Under the pieces are notes generated by a model, which made no database searches, was not told the DNA's origin, and saw nothing but the letters and a program-made list of their open reading frames with translations. This document shows positions 12,548 to 21,740 of a DNA stretch of 40,013 nucleotides, piece after piece. This DNA comes from Chloroflexota bacterium. Lineage in GTDB: Bacteria; Chloroflexota; Limnocylindria; Limnocylindrales; CSP1-4. Positions within the stretch are counted from its first letter, which is position 1, and the number at the start of each line of letters is the position of its first letter. The DNA lies in the NCBI GenBank assembly GCA_040007155.1, contig JBDTVN010000002.1, positions 1-40,013 of the forward strand, read 5' to 3'. Both the position numbers and the translations under genes were made by a program.

Positions 12548-14458
12548 GTGTCTGATTACGTGCTCGGCCGGCCAGAACCGCCGCAGCACAGGCTTGGGGT
12601 TCGTTTCGGCGTATTCGGCCTGATTGTCGTGCTGGTGCTTGGCGCGCTCACGACGCGACTCTTCTACATGCAGGGCATCCAGGGCGGCTACTACGGCGAC
12701 CTGGCTGCCCAGAATCAGAACAAGACGATCCCCATCCGTTCGTCGCGCGGCATCATCTACGACCGCAACGGACGCGACCTCGCGATCAACGTGCCCTCTT
12801 ATGTCGTGTACATCCGCCCGGCAGACTTGCCGTTCAGCCAGCGCGACGACGTCGCCAGTCAACTGGCCACGCTCCTGGGCCTGGACCAACCTGACATCAT
12901 CGCCGCAGTCGATAAGTACGCAAGCAAGCGCTTCGAACTCGTGCGCATCGCGTCCGACATTTCAAGCGACGCGGCGCGGATCATCGTCGAAGAGAGCCGC
13001 AACCTCCCCGGCGTGGAGGTCGCGATCGAAGACCGCCGTGAATACGAATACGGGCCGCTGCTGTCGCACGTTATGGGCTATGTCTCGCCGATCACGGCCG
13101 AACAGCTCGACACCCTGTCAGGGCAGGGCTACCTCAACGACGACGATATTGGCCAGACCGGCGTCGAAGACACGTACGAGAGCGTGTTGCGCGGCACGTA
13201 CGGCTCAGAGACCGTCCAACGCGACGCGTCGGGCGATGTGATTGGTCCACCCGATATCACGCAGCAGCCGATCGCGGGCAACTCCCTTGAACTGACGATC
13301 GACACCGAGATCCAGCAGCAGGCGACGGAGGCCCTCCAGTGGGCGACCGACATCATGAACCTGCAGCACGGCGTGATCATCGTCGCCAACCCGCAGACGG
13401 GCGAGATCCTCGGCATGGTTTCCCTGCCCACCTATGACGACAACCTCTTTGCGAGCGGAATCAGCAATAGCCAATACCAGGCGCTCATCGACAACTCGAA
13501 TCACCCGCTGGTGAACTATGCGATCTCAGAGCAGTACCCGCCCGGCTCGACCTACAAGCTCGTGACCGCCTCGGGCGGCTTGATGGACGGCGTTATCACG
13601 CCCACCTCGACGTTGGAGACGGCGGGCTACATCGAGATCGGCACGCAGAAGTACCGAGACTGGAACCCCAGAGGCTTTGGCCCACTGAACGTCACCCAGG
13701 CCTACGCTGTGTCGAGCGACACGTACTTCTATCAAGTCGCGGGAATGCTGGGGGCGGACAGGTTGGCCTACTGGGCCGACCAATGGGGCTTCGGCAAGCG
13801 CACCGGTATCGACCTTCCGGCAGAGGCCAGGGGCATAATCCCGACGAACGCTTGGAAGCAGGCCACTTTCGGCCAGAACGTGTATCCCGGCGAGGTTTAC
13901 CACGCTGGCATTGGCCAGGGATACGACGCTGTCACGCCCTTGCAGCTGCTGAACGCCTACATGGCGCTGGCCAATGGCGGCACGCTCTACAAGCCCCAGA
14001 TTGTGCGCCGCGTGCTCGCCCCCGACGGCTCGATCGTTCAGGATTTCCAGCCGCAGGTCCTATCTCAAGTGGGCGTCGATCCCGACGTGCTCCAGACAAT
14101 GCGCCTTGCGGCGCGTGAAGTCGTGACGAGTCGCCATTCGGGCAACCTGGTAGATGAGCCACTCGTGGTTGCGGGCAAGACCGGAACGGCCGAATTCGGG
14201 GTTCGCGACGGTGAGGGCCGTCTTCCGTTCCACTCGTGGTTCGTGGCGTTCGTGCCGAACTTCACGTCCGACACACCCGGCGATCCCGCCAAGACCGACT
14301 CACAGCTGGCCATCATCGCCTTCGCGTATGACGCCGTCGTCAAGGCAAACGCCGCGACCGAGATGGTCAAATACTTCCTCCAGGCGCACTACAACCTGGG
14401 CGTGGATCTCACGCGGCCCGATCTCCTGCAGGGCGGCAACCTGTGGGGTGGTAACTAG
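12548..14458 (+). CDS. mrdA: Penicillin-binding protein 2 (elongasome transpeptidase)
   Basis: N-terminal anchor and PBP dimerisation domain. Transpeptidase motifs STYK (PPGSTYKL), SSD (AVSSDTYF) and KTGT (AGKTGTAEF). Located between mreD and rodA. Confidence 0.9.
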   Translation: MSDYVLGRPEPPQHRLGVRFGVFGLIVVLVLGALTTRLFYMQGIQGGYYGDLAAQNQNKTIPIRSSRGIIYDRNGRDLAINVPSYVVYIRPADLPFSQRDDVASQLATLLGLDQPDIIAAVDKYASKRFELVRIASDISSDAARIIVEESRNLPGVEVAIEDRREYEYGPLLSHVMGYVSPITAEQLDTLSGQGYLNDDDIGQTGVEDTYESVLRGTYGSETVQRDASGDVIGPPDITQQPIAGNSLELTIDTEIQQQATEALQWATDIMNLQHGVIIVANPQTGEILGMVSLPTYDDNLFASGISNSQYQALIDNSNHPLVNYAISEQYPPGSTYKLVTASGGLMDGVITPTSTLETAGYIEIGTQKYRDWNPRGFGPLNVTQAYAVSSDTYFYQVAGMLGADRLAYWADQWGFGKRTGIDLPAEARGIIPTNAWKQATFGQNVYPGEVYHAGIGQGYDAVTPLQLLNAYMALANGGTLYKPQIVRRVLAPDGSIVQDFQPQVLSQVGVDPDVLQTMRLAAREVVTSRHSGNLVDEPLVVAGKTGTAEFGVRDGEGRLPFHSWFVAFVPNFTSDTPGDPAKTDSQLAIIAFAYDAVVKANAATEMVKYFLQAHYNLGVDLTRPDLLQGGNLWGGN

Positions 14459-14470
14459 GGTGTCGGCGAA

Positions 14471-15622
14471 ATGACCGCGATGCGCATCGAGCGCTCAGCC
14501 GGCAGCACGTTCGAGGCGCGGCCGGATTCCGGCAGCTGGCGCTCATTTGACATTCAGCTCGCGGTGGCGGCGCTCGCCCTTGGGGTGATCGGCTTGCTGA
14601 TGGCGTGGACAAACAGCCCCGACGGCCCGCTCGGTCCGGCCTCGATCTTTACCCGTGGTCTGATGTGGTTCGCGATCGCCATCGTCGCCTTCGCTGCCGT
14701 GGCGGCGTTTGACTATCACTGGCTGCGGACGTTCTCGTTCTTTATCTACTTCGCGAACATCGGCCTGCTGGTCCTGACGCTGATCATCGGCGTGACCATC
14801 AATGGCGCCCAGCGCTGGCTGTCGATCGGCGGACTGACGTTCCAGATCTCGGAAATCTCGAAGGTCGTGATGATCGGCGTGCTCGCCACCTTCCTGCAGG
14901 CGCGACGCGACAAGCTGGGCAACGTCTCGACTTTGATCGGCGTGGGCATGCTGATCGCGCCGCCATTCCTGCTGGTGATGATCCAGCCCGACCTCGGCAG
15001 CGCCCTTGTCATCGTTGCTATCGCCGCTGGCGCGCTGTTCCTGAGTGGCGCGAGCGTGCGCTGGATGGGCCTCGCCGCAGGTGCGGTCGTGGCCATGGTG
15101 CCGATCATCTGGTCGGTCCTGCAGGACTACCAGCGCCGCCGCCTGCTGTCATTCCTCGATCCATCGTCCGACCCACAGGGCGCTGGCTTCCAGGTCATCC
15201 AGGCGCAGATCGCCGTGGGCTCGGGCGGTCTCTTCGGCAAGGGTTTGACTGGTGGCGCCGGTGCGAGCTCCCTGCTGCCTGTTCAGTCGACCGACTTTGC
15301 CTTTGCCGTGCTGCTCGAGGAACTCGGCTTCGTCGGCGGCATGTTGGTCTTTCTGCTGTTCATCTGGCTGCTCTGGCGAATCATGCGCGTGGGTTATCGC
15401 TCAGGGTCGGTTTTCGGGATCGCCTTCGCGGGCGGCACAGGGGCGATGATCGTGTTCCAGATCCTCGTCAATGCGGGCATGATTGCCGGATTGATGCCGG
15501 TCACCGGCATCCCATTGCCGTTCATCACCCACGGTGGCGCGTCTCTGGTGAGCACCGCAATCGCGCTCGGGCTCTTACAGAGCATTGCCATGCGTTCGGA
15601 GCAACCGCGGCCTTCGTGGTAG
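14471..15622 (+). CDS. rodA: SEDS-family peptidoglycan glycosyltransferase RodA
   Basis: FtsW/RodA/SpoVE signatures (QPDLGSALV, QSTDFAFAVLLEELGFVGG, PVTGIPLPFITHGGAS). Named rodA because it sits directly after mrdA. Confidence 0.88.
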   Translation: MTAMRIERSAGSTFEARPDSGSWRSFDIQLAVAALALGVIGLLMAWTNSPDGPLGPASIFTRGLMWFAIAIVAFAAVAAFDYHWLRTFSFFIYFANIGLLVLTLIIGVTINGAQRWLSIGGLTFQISEISKVVMIGVLATFLQARRDKLGNVSTLIGVGMLIAPPFLLVMIQPDLGSALVIVAIAAGALFLSGASVRWMGLAAGAVVAMVPIIWSVLQDYQRRRLLSFLDPSSDPQGAGFQVIQAQIAVGSGGLFGKGLTGGAGASSLLPVQSTDFAFAVLLEELGFVGGMLVFLLFIWLLWRIMRVGYRSGSVFGIAFAGGTGAMIVFQILVNAGMIAGLMPVTGIPLPFITHGGASLVSTAIALGLLQSIAMRSEQPRPSW

Positions 15623-15634
15623 CGGCCGTTTGCT

Positions 15635-16105
15635 TCAAGAGGTCGTCGTGCGGCGTCCCAGCAGGACTTCGATCTCGGCACGGTAGCCGCGGCCCATTGG
15701 GGCGCGCAGCAGCCACTCCAGGAACTCCGGGTCGGTGCGCTTGATCTGGCCCAGCGTCCAGCCGCTGTAACGGCCGAATTCGAGGACGCTGCCACTGGGC
15801 GGGCCGACCGCGGCACCAGCGGGGCCGTAGCCAACTTCGTCGTGCGCGCGTGTGAGCCGATCGCCCGCCCGGCGGTCGCGCCGCGACGCCAGCCACTCGT
15901 CGTACTTGCGCCGCTTCTCCGAATCGCGCAGCGTCTCGTGCGCCTCGTTGATTGCGGCCATCCGCCGCGCCGCCTCCGGCGACGGATCGACGTCGGGGTG
16001 GTAGCGCTGGGCGAGCTTGCGATAGACCGTGCTGATGATCTCCTGGTCGGCTATCTCCGCCAGCATCAGCGTCTTGTAGTGGGTCATGCGCGGATCGAGT
16101 TTCAT
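15635..16105 (-). CDS. J-domain (DnaJ-like) protein with a C-terminal DUF3820/ExoX-C-like segment
   Basis: J-domain with HPD (YRKLAQRYHPDV..AINEAHETLRD..KRRKYD). C-terminal FGRYSGWTLGQIKRTDPEFLEWLL resembles the F-G-K-Y-K-G..L..YL.WL motif. No Zn-finger or DnaJ C-terminal domains. Confidence 0.78.
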   Translation of the reverse strand: MKLDPRMTHYKTLMLAEIADQEIISTVYRKLAQRYHPDVDPSPEAARRMAAINEAHETLRDSEKRRKYDEWLASRRDRRAGDRLTRAHDEVGYGPAGAAVGPPSGSVLEFGRYSGWTLGQIKRTDPEFLEWLLRAPMGRGYRAEIEVLLGRRTTTS

Positions 16106-16282
16106 GGATGTACGCGCATCGTCGCGCGTGCCTGAGTGTGTGGATAGGTGACGATGGGTAGGTCGCTGACCGGTACCGCGGTCCCACTCTTTCGCTCCTC
16201 GCCACTCTTGTTGTATCCTCTCCGTTCGCGCTCAAGACCCCTTCGATTTTCAACGACCCATCACCCGCGCGCCCGGAGAGTC

Positions 16283-16933
16283 ATGTACGCCGTCATCGAA
16301 ACAGGTGGAAAGCAATACCGCGTCGAGCTCGGCAGCGAGTTCGCGGTGGAGCGGCTCGAGGGCACGCCCGGCGACACGATCAAATTCGATCGCGTCCTAT
16401 TGGTTGCTGACGGCGACAAGGCGAGTATCGGCACGCCGGTAGTCGATGACGCGTTGGTAACGGCCAACCTGGTTCGTCAGGATCGCGGCGAAAAAGTGAT
16501 CGTATTCAAGTACCGGCCCAAGGCGCGCCACCGCGCGAAGAACGGTCATCGCCAAGAGCAGACGGTCGTGCGCATCGCCGACATCTCGTTCGGTGGCCGC
16601 AGCGCTGCAGACGAGGCCAAGGCCGAGGAGAAGGAAACTTCCAAGGCGAAGGCCACGGCGTCGGCCGACGCCGAGAAGAAGGCCACGGCCGACCAGGCGC
16701 TCGCAGCCAAGCTGGACAAGGAAGCCAAGGCCAAGACAGCCGAGAAGACGGCCGACTCCATAGCGGCATCCAAGGCCAAGTCGGAGCCCAAGACCAAGGC
16801 GGCGCTCAAGACCAAGGCCGCGCCCAAGGCTGCAGCAAAGAGCAAGACCTCAACGGCGGCCAAGCCGGTCGCAAAGGCGCCCGCGAAGAAGCCGGCGACG
16901 AATAAGCCAGGCGCCAAGAAGAAGGACAGCTAA
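16283..16933 (+). CDS. rplU: 50S ribosomal protein L21 with a long Lys/Ala-rich C-terminal extension
   Basis: MYAVIETGGKQYRV.. is the canonical L21 N-terminus, with GGAGAG 5 nt upstream of ATG 16283. The protein is 216 aa versus about 100-105 aa for typical L21. Confidence 0.92.
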   Translation: MYAVIETGGKQYRVELGSEFAVERLEGTPGDTIKFDRVLLVADGDKASIGTPVVDDALVTANLVRQDRGEKVIVFKYRPKARHRAKNGHRQEQTVVRIADISFGGRSAADEAKAEEKETSKAKATASADAEKKATADQALAAKLDKEAKAKTAEKTADSIAASKAKSEPKTKAALKTKAAPKAAAKSKTSTAAKPVAKAPAKKPATNKPGAKKKDS

Positions 16934-16936
16934 GAC

Positions 16937-17212
16937 ATGGCCCACAAGAAAGCCGGTTCGAGCTCAAAGAACGGCCGCGATAGCGTCGGCCAGCGCCTGG
17001 GCGTAAAGGCCGGCGACGGCAAGCTGGTATCAGCCGGTTCGATCATCGTGCGCCAGCGCGGGATGACCTTTCTGTCGGGTCCGGGAACCTCGCTCGGCCG
17101 CGACTACACCGTGTTTGCGACACTCGAAGGTCGGGTCAAGTTCGATCACCAGGCGCGCAACAAGAAGCGCGTCAGCATCGTGGCCGAAGCAGCCACAGAG
17201 GCGGCAAAGTAA
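16937..17212 (+). CDS. rpmA: 50S ribosomal protein L27
   Basis: [25 protein letters not shown]. No N-terminal propeptide. Confidence 0.95.
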   Translation: MAHKKAGSSSKNGRDSVGQRLGVKAGDGKLVSAGSIIVRQRGMTFLSGPGTSLGRDYTVFATLEGRVKFDHQARNKKRVSIVAEAATEAAK

Positions 17213-17424
17213 TGAAGTCAGAGGGCCATCCCAAGTACTACGCCGCGAAAGTCGTGTGCGCCTCGTGCCATACCGAGTTCGAGGTCGGTTCGACGCAGCC
17301 CACGCTGCATGTCGACATCTGCTCGAACTGCCACCCGTTCTTCACCGGCAAGCACACGATCATCGACACCGCCGGCCAGGTCGAGCGCTTCCAGAAGCGC
17401 CTCGAGCGCACGGCGCGACTCTGA
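17212..17424 (+). CDS. rpmE: 50S ribosomal protein L31 (Zn-binding type A)
   Basis: [10 protein letters not shown].., CASC...CSNCHPFFTG. TAATG overlap with rpmA. Confidence 0.95.
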   Translation: MKSEGHPKYYAAKVVCASCHTEFEVGSTQPTLHVDICSNCHPFFTGKHTIIDTAGQVERFQKRLERTARL

Positions 17425-17429
17425 TCGTC

Positions 17430-17451
17430 AGGCCCGACGTCGCTCGGGCCT
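17430..17451 (+). terminator. GC-rich hairpin after rpmE (possible weak terminator or attenuator)
   Basis: AGGCCCGA-cgtcgc-TCGGGCCT, a perfect 8-bp stem followed by agaCTTTcc. There is only a poor U-tract, so termination efficiency is doubtful. Confidence 0.35.
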
Positions 17452-17465
17452 AGACTTTCCCAAAT

Positions 17466-18437
17466 ATGGCGCGAACTGATTTTGGTGGACAGGCCCTATT
17501 AGAAGGCGTCCTCATGCGCGGTCGCAACGCCGTCGGAGTGGCGCTGCGCACGCCTGATGGCTCAATCGTGGCCGCCGCTGAGCCGCTCAACTCGATCCTG
17601 CATCGCAATCGCTTTGCGCGAGCGCCGTTTTTCCGCGGCCTCGTGCTCCTCTACGAGACGCTCGTAATTGGCACGCGCTGGCTGATGAGGTCGGGCTCAG
17701 TCCAGGCGGAAGGCGAGGGGCAGGAGCTCGGCAAAGGCACGATCGCGCTGACACTGATCGTGACCCTCGGCATGGCTGTCGGGCTGTTCGTGCTGCTGCC
17801 GCTCTTCCTTGCGGGCGCGACGACGCAGGCCGTGCTTGGTCCGGGTCAGGCCCTGATTGCGCACCTTGTCGAGGGCGTGATCCGCGTCGTGATCTTCGTC
17901 GGCTATCTGCTGGTCGTGAGCCGCTTCAAAGACATTCAGCGCACGTTCGAGTATCACGGCGCGGAGCACATGACGATCCATGCCCTGGAGCATGAAGAGC
18001 CGCTGACTGTCGCCAACGTGCGCAAGTACCCCACCGCGCACCAGCGTTGCGGCACCGAGTTCCTGGTGATCTTCATTATCCTGTCGATCCTGATGTTCAG
18101 CCTCCTCGCGGGCCAGAACATCTGGGTTAGCATCATCGGGCGCGTCCTGCTGGTGCCGGTCATCGCATCGCTTGCGTACGAGCTGCTGCGCTTCGGCGCG
18201 CGCTACCGCCACCACTGGTGGATCCGCTGGCTCTATTTGCCTGGCATCTGGCTGCAAGCCATCACGACCAAGCAACCCGACGACGCGCAGATTGAAGTCG
18301 CGATCGCCTCGATGCAGGAAGCTCTCGCCGCGAACGGTGAAGCGGCGCCGGCCGGCAGCCTCGATCCCGTGCGCTCACCTATCCCCATGGCCAGTGCCGA
18401 GAAGAAAGCAGGCTCGGCGACCGACCGCGCCGCCTAA
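17466..18437 (+). CDS. DUF1385 (YqhQ-like) membrane protein
   Basis: GGQALLEGVLMRG N-terminus, EYHGAEHM and RCGT motifs, several TM helices. It occupies the rpmE-prfA position typical of this family. Confidence 0.8.
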   Translation: MARTDFGGQALLEGVLMRGRNAVGVALRTPDGSIVAAAEPLNSILHRNRFARAPFFRGLVLLYETLVIGTRWLMRSGSVQAEGEGQELGKGTIALTLIVTLGMAVGLFVLLPLFLAGATTQAVLGPGQALIAHLVEGVIRVVIFVGYLLVVSRFKDIQRTFEYHGAEHMTIHALEHEEPLTVANVRKYPTAHQRCGTEFLVIFIILSILMFSLLAGQNIWVSIIGRVLLVPVIASLAYELLRFGARYRHHWWIRWLYLPGIWLQAITTKQPDDAQIEVAIASMQEALAANGEAAPAGSLDPVRSPIPMASAEKKAGSATDRAA

Positions 18438-19511
18438 GTGGGCCTCGAGGAGCGCCTGGACGCGCTCGAGCAGCGTTTGACGGAGATCGAATCGGAGTGG
18501 ACGCGACCAGAAGTGGCCGCCGACTCCGACCTTCGACGCACGCTCGGGCGCGAACAGTCCCAGATCGAACCGATCGTCAATACCTACCGTCGCCTGCGCC
18601 AGGTGCGCGCCCAGTTGGTCGACGCGCACGCTGCTGAGAGCGACCCCGAGCTGCGCGAGCTGGCGCGCGACGAGATCGACACAGCGCACACTGAAGAACA
18701 GGAGCTCATGCAGCAGCTACGCGTGCAACTGCTGCCGCGCGACCCCAACGACGACAAGAACGTGATCGTCGAGATCCGTGCCGGCACGGGCGGGGAAGAG
18801 GCCGCACTGTTTGCCGCGCAGCTCTTCCGCATGTATCGCCGCTATGCCGAGCGTCATCGCTGGCAATCGGAGCTCATTTCTGCCAATGAAACCGGCATCG
18901 GAGGTCTGCGCGAGGTGATCTTCGAGGTGCGCGGCCAGGGCGCGTACAGCCGGCTCAAGTACGAGGGCGGCGTTCACCGCGTTCAGCGCGTGCCCGAAAC
19001 CGAGTCGAGCGGCCGCATCCACACGTCAACCTCGACCGTTGCCGTGCTGCCCGAAGCCGATGAAGTCGAGGTGCAAATCGACGAGAAGGACCTGCGCATC
19101 GATGTGTATCGCTCACAGGGCCCGGGCGGCCAGAGTGTGAATACGACCGACTCGGCCGTGCGCATCACACACATCCCGTCGGGCCTCGTCGTCGCCATCC
19201 AGGACGAGAAGAGCCAGCACAAGAACCGGGCCAAGGCGATGAGCGTCCTTCGGGCACGATTACTCGAACAGGAACAGCACAAAGCGCATGAAGCTGAAGC
19301 GGAAGCGCGCCGTTCGATGGTTGGCTCGGGCGAACGCTCGGAGAAGATTCGCACCTACAACTTTCCACAGGATCGAGTGACCGATCACCGAATCAACGTC
19401 GACCTGCACAATTTGCCCAATGTGCTTGATGGTGATCTCGATCGGCTGCTGGACGAGTTGATATCGACCGATCAGGCGGAGCGACTCTCACACCTCGACG
19501 ACACCGCCTAG
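18438..19511 (+). CDS. prfA: Peptide chain release factor 1
   Basis: GGQ motif ([20 protein letters not shown]), P-x-T tripeptide region ([17 protein letters not shown]), 357 aa. GTG start lies directly after the upstream stop. Confidence 0.95.
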   Translation: MGLEERLDALEQRLTEIESEWTRPEVAADSDLRRTLGREQSQIEPIVNTYRRLRQVRAQLVDAHAAESDPELRELARDEIDTAHTEEQELMQQLRVQLLPRDPNDDKNVIVEIRAGTGGEEAALFAAQLFRMYRRYAERHRWQSELISANETGIGGLREVIFEVRGQGAYSRLKYEGGVHRVQRVPETESSGRIHTSTSTVAVLPEADEVEVQIDEKDLRIDVYRSQGPGGQSVNTTDSAVRITHIPSGLVVAIQDEKSQHKNRAKAMSVLRARLLEQEQHKAHEAEAEARRSMVGSGERSEKIRTYNFPQDRVTDHRINVDLHNLPNVLDGDLDRLLDELISTDQAERLSHLDDTA

Positions 19512-19523
19512 GGAAAGGAGGAC

Positions 19524-21740
19524 ATGGCCCGAGCGACGGACACCGATACCGCCAAGCGCGACATCTTCAACGAGCCGCTGGCGCCCGGCGCGCCCGCGCC
19601 GCCGATCGTGCGCGCGACCGATCTCACCGGCGTACACGTCCTCAAGTCGGGCGACATGTTCATGATGAGCAACGCCCACGGTGACGTTCGGCGCGATGGC
19701 CGCGGCCTGGGCCTCTTCCTGGGCGATACCCGCTTCCTGTCCACGTACGATCTACTCCTGAACGGCACCCACCCGGTCGTGCTCCGCGCCGGCCCGGCCG
19801 CGGCGCAGCACAGCGTCATCCAGATGGCCAACCCCGACCTGCTCGAGCAGGGCTCGGACGTCGGCAGCGCGGAAGTCGTGCTGCGCCGTCATTCGCTGGG
19901 AGTCGTGCGCGACCGGAAGGTCGGCGATGATTTCAGCGAGCGCGTGACCGTCACCAATTACACGACGGTGGCGCAGCGGGCACGCCTCACGCTGACGCTC
20001 GACGCCGACTACGCGGACATTTTCGAGCTCCGCGGCCTGGTTCGCGCGCGCCGCGGCGAGCGGCTCGCCAACGAGTGGGCGGACGACGGCTTGACCTTCA
20101 AATACCGCGGATTGGACGGAATCGAACGGCAGACCAGCATCACTCTTGACCCGCCGATGCACCACGCGGCGATCACTCTGCCCGACGCAGGGCTCGACAC
20201 GCTCGTCGCCACGCTCGAGCTCGATTGGCTGATCCAGCCCGGTCGCAATGAGACATTGAGCATCAACCTGCGTGCCTCGACGCTCGATCAGTCAGCCCAG
20301 CACACAGCACCTCAGCCGTGGCCGGCCGGCGCGACGATCGAGACCAGCCACGTCCTCACTGAAAAGGCGCTCGAGCGGTCCAAGGCCGACCTGAACCTGC
20401 TACGGAACGACGGCCCTGACGCGGGCGAGCACTACATTGCGGCCGGCGTGCCCTGGTTCAGCTGCCTCTTCGGACGCGACTCGATCATTACCAGCCTGCA
20501 AATGATGGCCGTGCGACCCGAGATCGCCTCGTCGACCCTGTCGATCCTGGCGCGGCTCCAGGCGACCGAGGTGGACGAGTTTCGTGACGCGGCGCCGGGC
20601 AAAATCCTGCACGAGCTGCGCACGGGCGAGCTGGCCCGCACCGGTGAGATACCGCACACGCCGTACTACGGGACCGTCGATGCAACGCCGCTGTGGCTGA
20701 TGCTGCTCGACGAATACGAACGCTGGACCGGCGATTCGACGCTCGTCGAGAAACTCTGGCCCAACGCCCTCGCGGCAATTGGCTGGATGGACAAGTACGG
20801 CGATTTCGACGGGGACGGCTTCATTGAGTATCAGCGCCGGTCCGAGCGCGGCCTGGTGAACCAGGGCTGGAAGGATTCGGCCGATAGCGTGCGCAACCAG
20901 GACGGCACGATTGCCGATGGACCGATCGCGCTCGTCGAGGTGCAGGCGTACGCCTACGCCGCCCGGCGTGGAGTCGCTCGCCTGGCTCGACTGCGCGGTG
21001 ACGACGAGCTCGCCACAGCCCAGGATGCTGCGGCTGACGAGCTGCGCCGGCGCTTTGAGGACGCGTTCTGGATGGACAGCGCGGGCACTTATGCCATGGC
21101 CCTTGACGGCGCCAAGCGGCAGGTGACGGGCATCGGCTCGAACGCCGGCCACGCCCTCTGGACGGGCATCGCTGAGCACGATCGCGCCGCGCGGACAGCG
21201 CAGGTCCTGACCGCTGGTGGTATGTGGAGCGGCTGGGGCATCAGGACGCTGTCGGCCCAGACGGTGGGCTACAACCCGATCGGTTACCACCTCGGCACCG
21301 TCTGGCCGCACGACAACGCCATCTGCGCGGCTGGTTTCGCGCGCTACGGCCTGATCGATGAAACGCGCCTTGTGGCCGGGGCTCTATTCGAGGCGACCGC
21401 GCATTTCCGCGAGGCGCGCCTGCCCGAGCTCTTCTGTGGCTTCGAGCGCTCGACCTCGCCGCTGCCCGTGCCTTATCCGGTGGCGTGCTCGCCCCAGGCC
21501 TGGGCGGCAGGCTCGCTCTATCACCTGGTGGCCGCGACCCTGGGTCTGCGCCCTGACGCGCGCGCCAAGCGGCTCGAGCTGGTGCGCCCGGCCCTACCAA
21601 CGTGGTTGCCCGGCCTGCGGGTACGGGGCCTGCGCGTCGGCGATGCCACGGTCGATCTCGAGTTCGCGGCGCAAGAGGGATCGATCTCGGTCGAGGTGCT
21701 CCGACGAACAGCCGACCTGGATGTCGTCGTCCGCCTCTAG
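19524..21740 (+). CDS. Amylo-alpha-1,6-glucosidase / glycogen debranching enzyme-like protein (GDE_N_bis + GDE_C type)
   Basis: 738 aa. N-terminal beta-rich domain and a C-terminal (alpha/alpha)6-type region with GVPWFSCLFGRDSIITS, ILHELR, GDGFIEY, GWKDS and WPHDN. Strong SD (AAGGAGG) 5 nt upstream of the ATG. Confidence 0.85.
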   Translation: MARATDTDTAKRDIFNEPLAPGAPAPPIVRATDLTGVHVLKSGDMFMMSNAHGDVRRDGRGLGLFLGDTRFLSTYDLLLNGTHPVVLRAGPAAAQHSVIQMANPDLLEQGSDVGSAEVVLRRHSLGVVRDRKVGDDFSERVTVTNYTTVAQRARLTLTLDADYADIFELRGLVRARRGERLANEWADDGLTFKYRGLDGIERQTSITLDPPMHHAAITLPDAGLDTLVATLELDWLIQPGRNETLSINLRASTLDQSAQHTAPQPWPAGATIETSHVLTEKALERSKADLNLLRNDGPDAGEHYIAAGVPWFSCLFGRDSIITSLQMMAVRPEIASSTLSILARLQATEVDEFRDAAPGKILHELRTGELARTGEIPHTPYYGTVDATPLWLMLLDEYERWTGDSTLVEKLWPNALAAIGWMDKYGDFDGDGFIEYQRRSERGLVNQGWKDSADSVRNQDGTIADGPIALVEVQAYAYAARRGVARLARLRGDDELATAQDAAADELRRRFEDAFWMDSAGTYAMALDGAKRQVTGIGSNAGHALWTGIAEHDRAARTAQVLTAGGMWSGWGIRTLSAQTVGYNPIGYHLGTVWPHDNAICAAGFARYGLIDETRLVAGALFEATAHFREARLPELFCGFERSTSPLPVPYPVACSPQAWAAGSLYHLVAATLGLRPDARAKRLELVRPALPTWLPGLRVRGLRVGDATVDLEFAAQEGSISVEVLRRTADLDVVVRL

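Noticed and set aside
16139-16147. DnaA-box-like TGTGGATAG (8/9 to TGTGGATAA) in the J-domain / rplU divergent region. I also considered a structured L21-leader-type RNA in the 177-nt spacer (16106-16282).
   Set aside because: A single isolated box is expected by chance and is not accompanied by further boxes. I could only find short GC stems (ACGCGC-atcgtc-GCGCGT, for example) and cannot match the Firmicute L21 leader by eye. A covariance-model search is needed.
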